DNA of 63,905 bases, filler included, from Octopus bimaculoides (Eukaryota), in NCBI RefSeq assembly GCF_001194135.2. It is 5 parts of 5 records of this genome, joined end to end, with 100 filler letters (N's around TTAATTAATTAA, not from the genome) between each part and the next. Parts side by side here need not be neighbours in the genome. Positions count along the whole stretch, not along the records: positions 56,458 to 62,593 come from NC_068991.1; positions 62,694 to 63,905 come from NW_026379805.1; 3 more parts are not named here. One strand, 5' to 3'. Positions within the stretch are counted from its first letter, which is position 1. Each line of letters begins with the position of its first letter. A program made the translations under genes and the position numbers. The notes beneath the pieces are model-generated. The model worked only from the letters and a program-made list of their open reading frames with translations. It did not search any database and was not told where the DNA came from. Shown here in pieces: positions 62,401 to 63,905 of the stretch.

Positions 62401-62593
62401 TTATGTTTGACTTTTGTTTTGCATTTGTACAAGTTGGATCCAAGTCTCACCCAGAGACCTCAAGAGACAACAAGTTAGAAGTTCATGTAGGTGTTATGCC
62501 TAGGGTACCATATATTTGGATTTGTACAGTTTTGTTCAAGTGAATGTTTAAGAAACCATAAGAAAATTATGTTTGCTTTAAAATTTGAGATCA
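62401..62593 (-). mobile_element. R4/Dong-like LINE 3' UTR copy C (same family as A)
   Basis: High similarity to 61298-61490; cut by a gap. Confidence 0.85.
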
Positions 62594-63019
62594 NNNNNNN
62601 NNNNNNNNNNNNNNNNNNNNNNNNNNNNNNNNNNNNNTTAATTAATTAANNNNNNNNNNNNNNNNNNNNNNNNNNNNNNNNNNNNNNNNNNNNCCGGTTA
62701 TTGGTCTCAATCTTATATAGTTATGTTGGCTGCTTAATATTATAAGCTGGTTATTATTATCGAAAAAAACTTCGTCCCAAAATTGTATCACTGTATATAT
62801 ACACTCGAATATATTAGTGTGTCATGGAGTGAATGCAGTAATGAATAATAGCTTATATTATAGATATTTGGTAAAAACCAATCGTCGAGTTTTCTCGCAT
62901 TTTTGCAAACCAATCACGGCACCCAACACAATTTAGCATTCGTACCCGTACAGAACTTGTGAATGAAGAATTTTGTAGGTCGATAGACCCATACGCATTC
63001 ATGCCAAGGTGTTCATTTT

Positions 63020-63185
63020 TTATGCGCCCTTTTAAAGCCTAGCCAGGCTCATGGGCCCGGTTTCTCGGGTTCTATGGCGTATGTGTTCCCCACCAGCTGG
63101 ACGGGACTCCAGTCCATCGCAGCTTTACTCAAGAAACAGGAAGAAAGAGTGAGAGAAAGTTGGGGTGAAAGAGTTCAACAAGTGA
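63020..63185. mobile_element. Probable SINE tail fragment
   Basis: CCTTTTAAAGCCTAGCCAGGCTCATGGGCCCGG...GAAACAGGAAGAAAGAGTGAGAG; family link tentative. Confidence 0.4.
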
Positions 63186-63641
63186 AGCTGAGTTTTAAAA
63201 TTTTATCAGTTTGTAAATTTAAGTGTGAAGGGCGTAGTCCAGGCAGATGATAAATATTAATAAAAGCGTATTGTCTTGCAAAACGCTTACTTTAGTGTCG
63301 AAAAAGTCGGTTTTTCTATCGGTTGTATTTTTACTCTACTCCTGTTATTACTTTTTGAAGTAAATCGTATGTAAGAAGAATTTGTTCGATTTTGCTTCTG
63401 TAGATAGAATCGAATTCTTTTGAGACGTCTACAAAAAGTATATATAACTGCTTGTAGATTTTTAACTCTGACGACGTCAGCATTTCATCTAAGAGTTAAG
63501 AAATGTCTAGCTGAAGTTTATGTTTCCTCATTTGATCTCCTCGAGTTTTGGCTGTATACGATTCAGCGACTATTTGTTGTGGACATTTGCTGCTGTCACG
63601 AAAGTGCAATTCCAATGTAGATTTTAGTCACAGCCGTCTAA

Positions 63642-63643
<2 letters not shown>

Positions 63644-63714
<71 letters not shown>
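63644..63714. repeat. (ATT)n microsatellite
   Basis: Perfect run. Confidence 0.95.
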
Positions 63715-63716
<2 letters not shown>

Positions 63717-63905
63717 TTTCGTGGGAACGGAAAATTACAATTTTTAGCTCAATTCTCAATAAGGAAGACTTGATACTACTAGAATATACTATAGAATATA
63801 CTACTAGAAGTCTTCTAGACTTCTGGTGTTATATTATCAAAGCCAGACGACTTTCTATTTTCAGTCTTTTTCAATACTTTAATGAGGTCTTTTAATGTGA
63901 ATTCA

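Overview
AT-rich eukaryotic scaffold dense in microsatellites and retroposons, with many N gaps. It is most likely an octopus (coleoid cephalopod) genome; this is an inference from the tRNA-headed SINE families, LINE types and repeat landscape, not from a database hit. I cannot support any intact host gene, rRNA, true tRNA or CRISPR array. Recognisable content is decayed mobile DNA: Penelope-like elements of at least two types, RTE LINEs (one ~3 kb copy), restriction-like-endonuclease LINEs (Hero-like and R4/Dong-like), an L1/Tx1 endonuclease fragment, two Ty3/Gypsy fragments, three Tc1/mariner copies, and about 20 SINE copies from about 4 families. I see no convincing new multi-gene system. 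The best leads are: (i) R4/Dong-like LINEs sitting in two different microsatellites, (TAA)n and (CATA)n; (ii) a degenerate hammerhead-ribozyme motif abutting an inverted tRNA-like SINE head; (iii) several fold-back hairpins from 21 to ~208 bp, including an inverted pair of dimeric SINEs, which are candidate dsRNA, ADAR or miRNA substrates; (iv) a gap-bounded ~10 kb CpG-depleted TE block. Element boundaries and counts were read by eye and are approximate.
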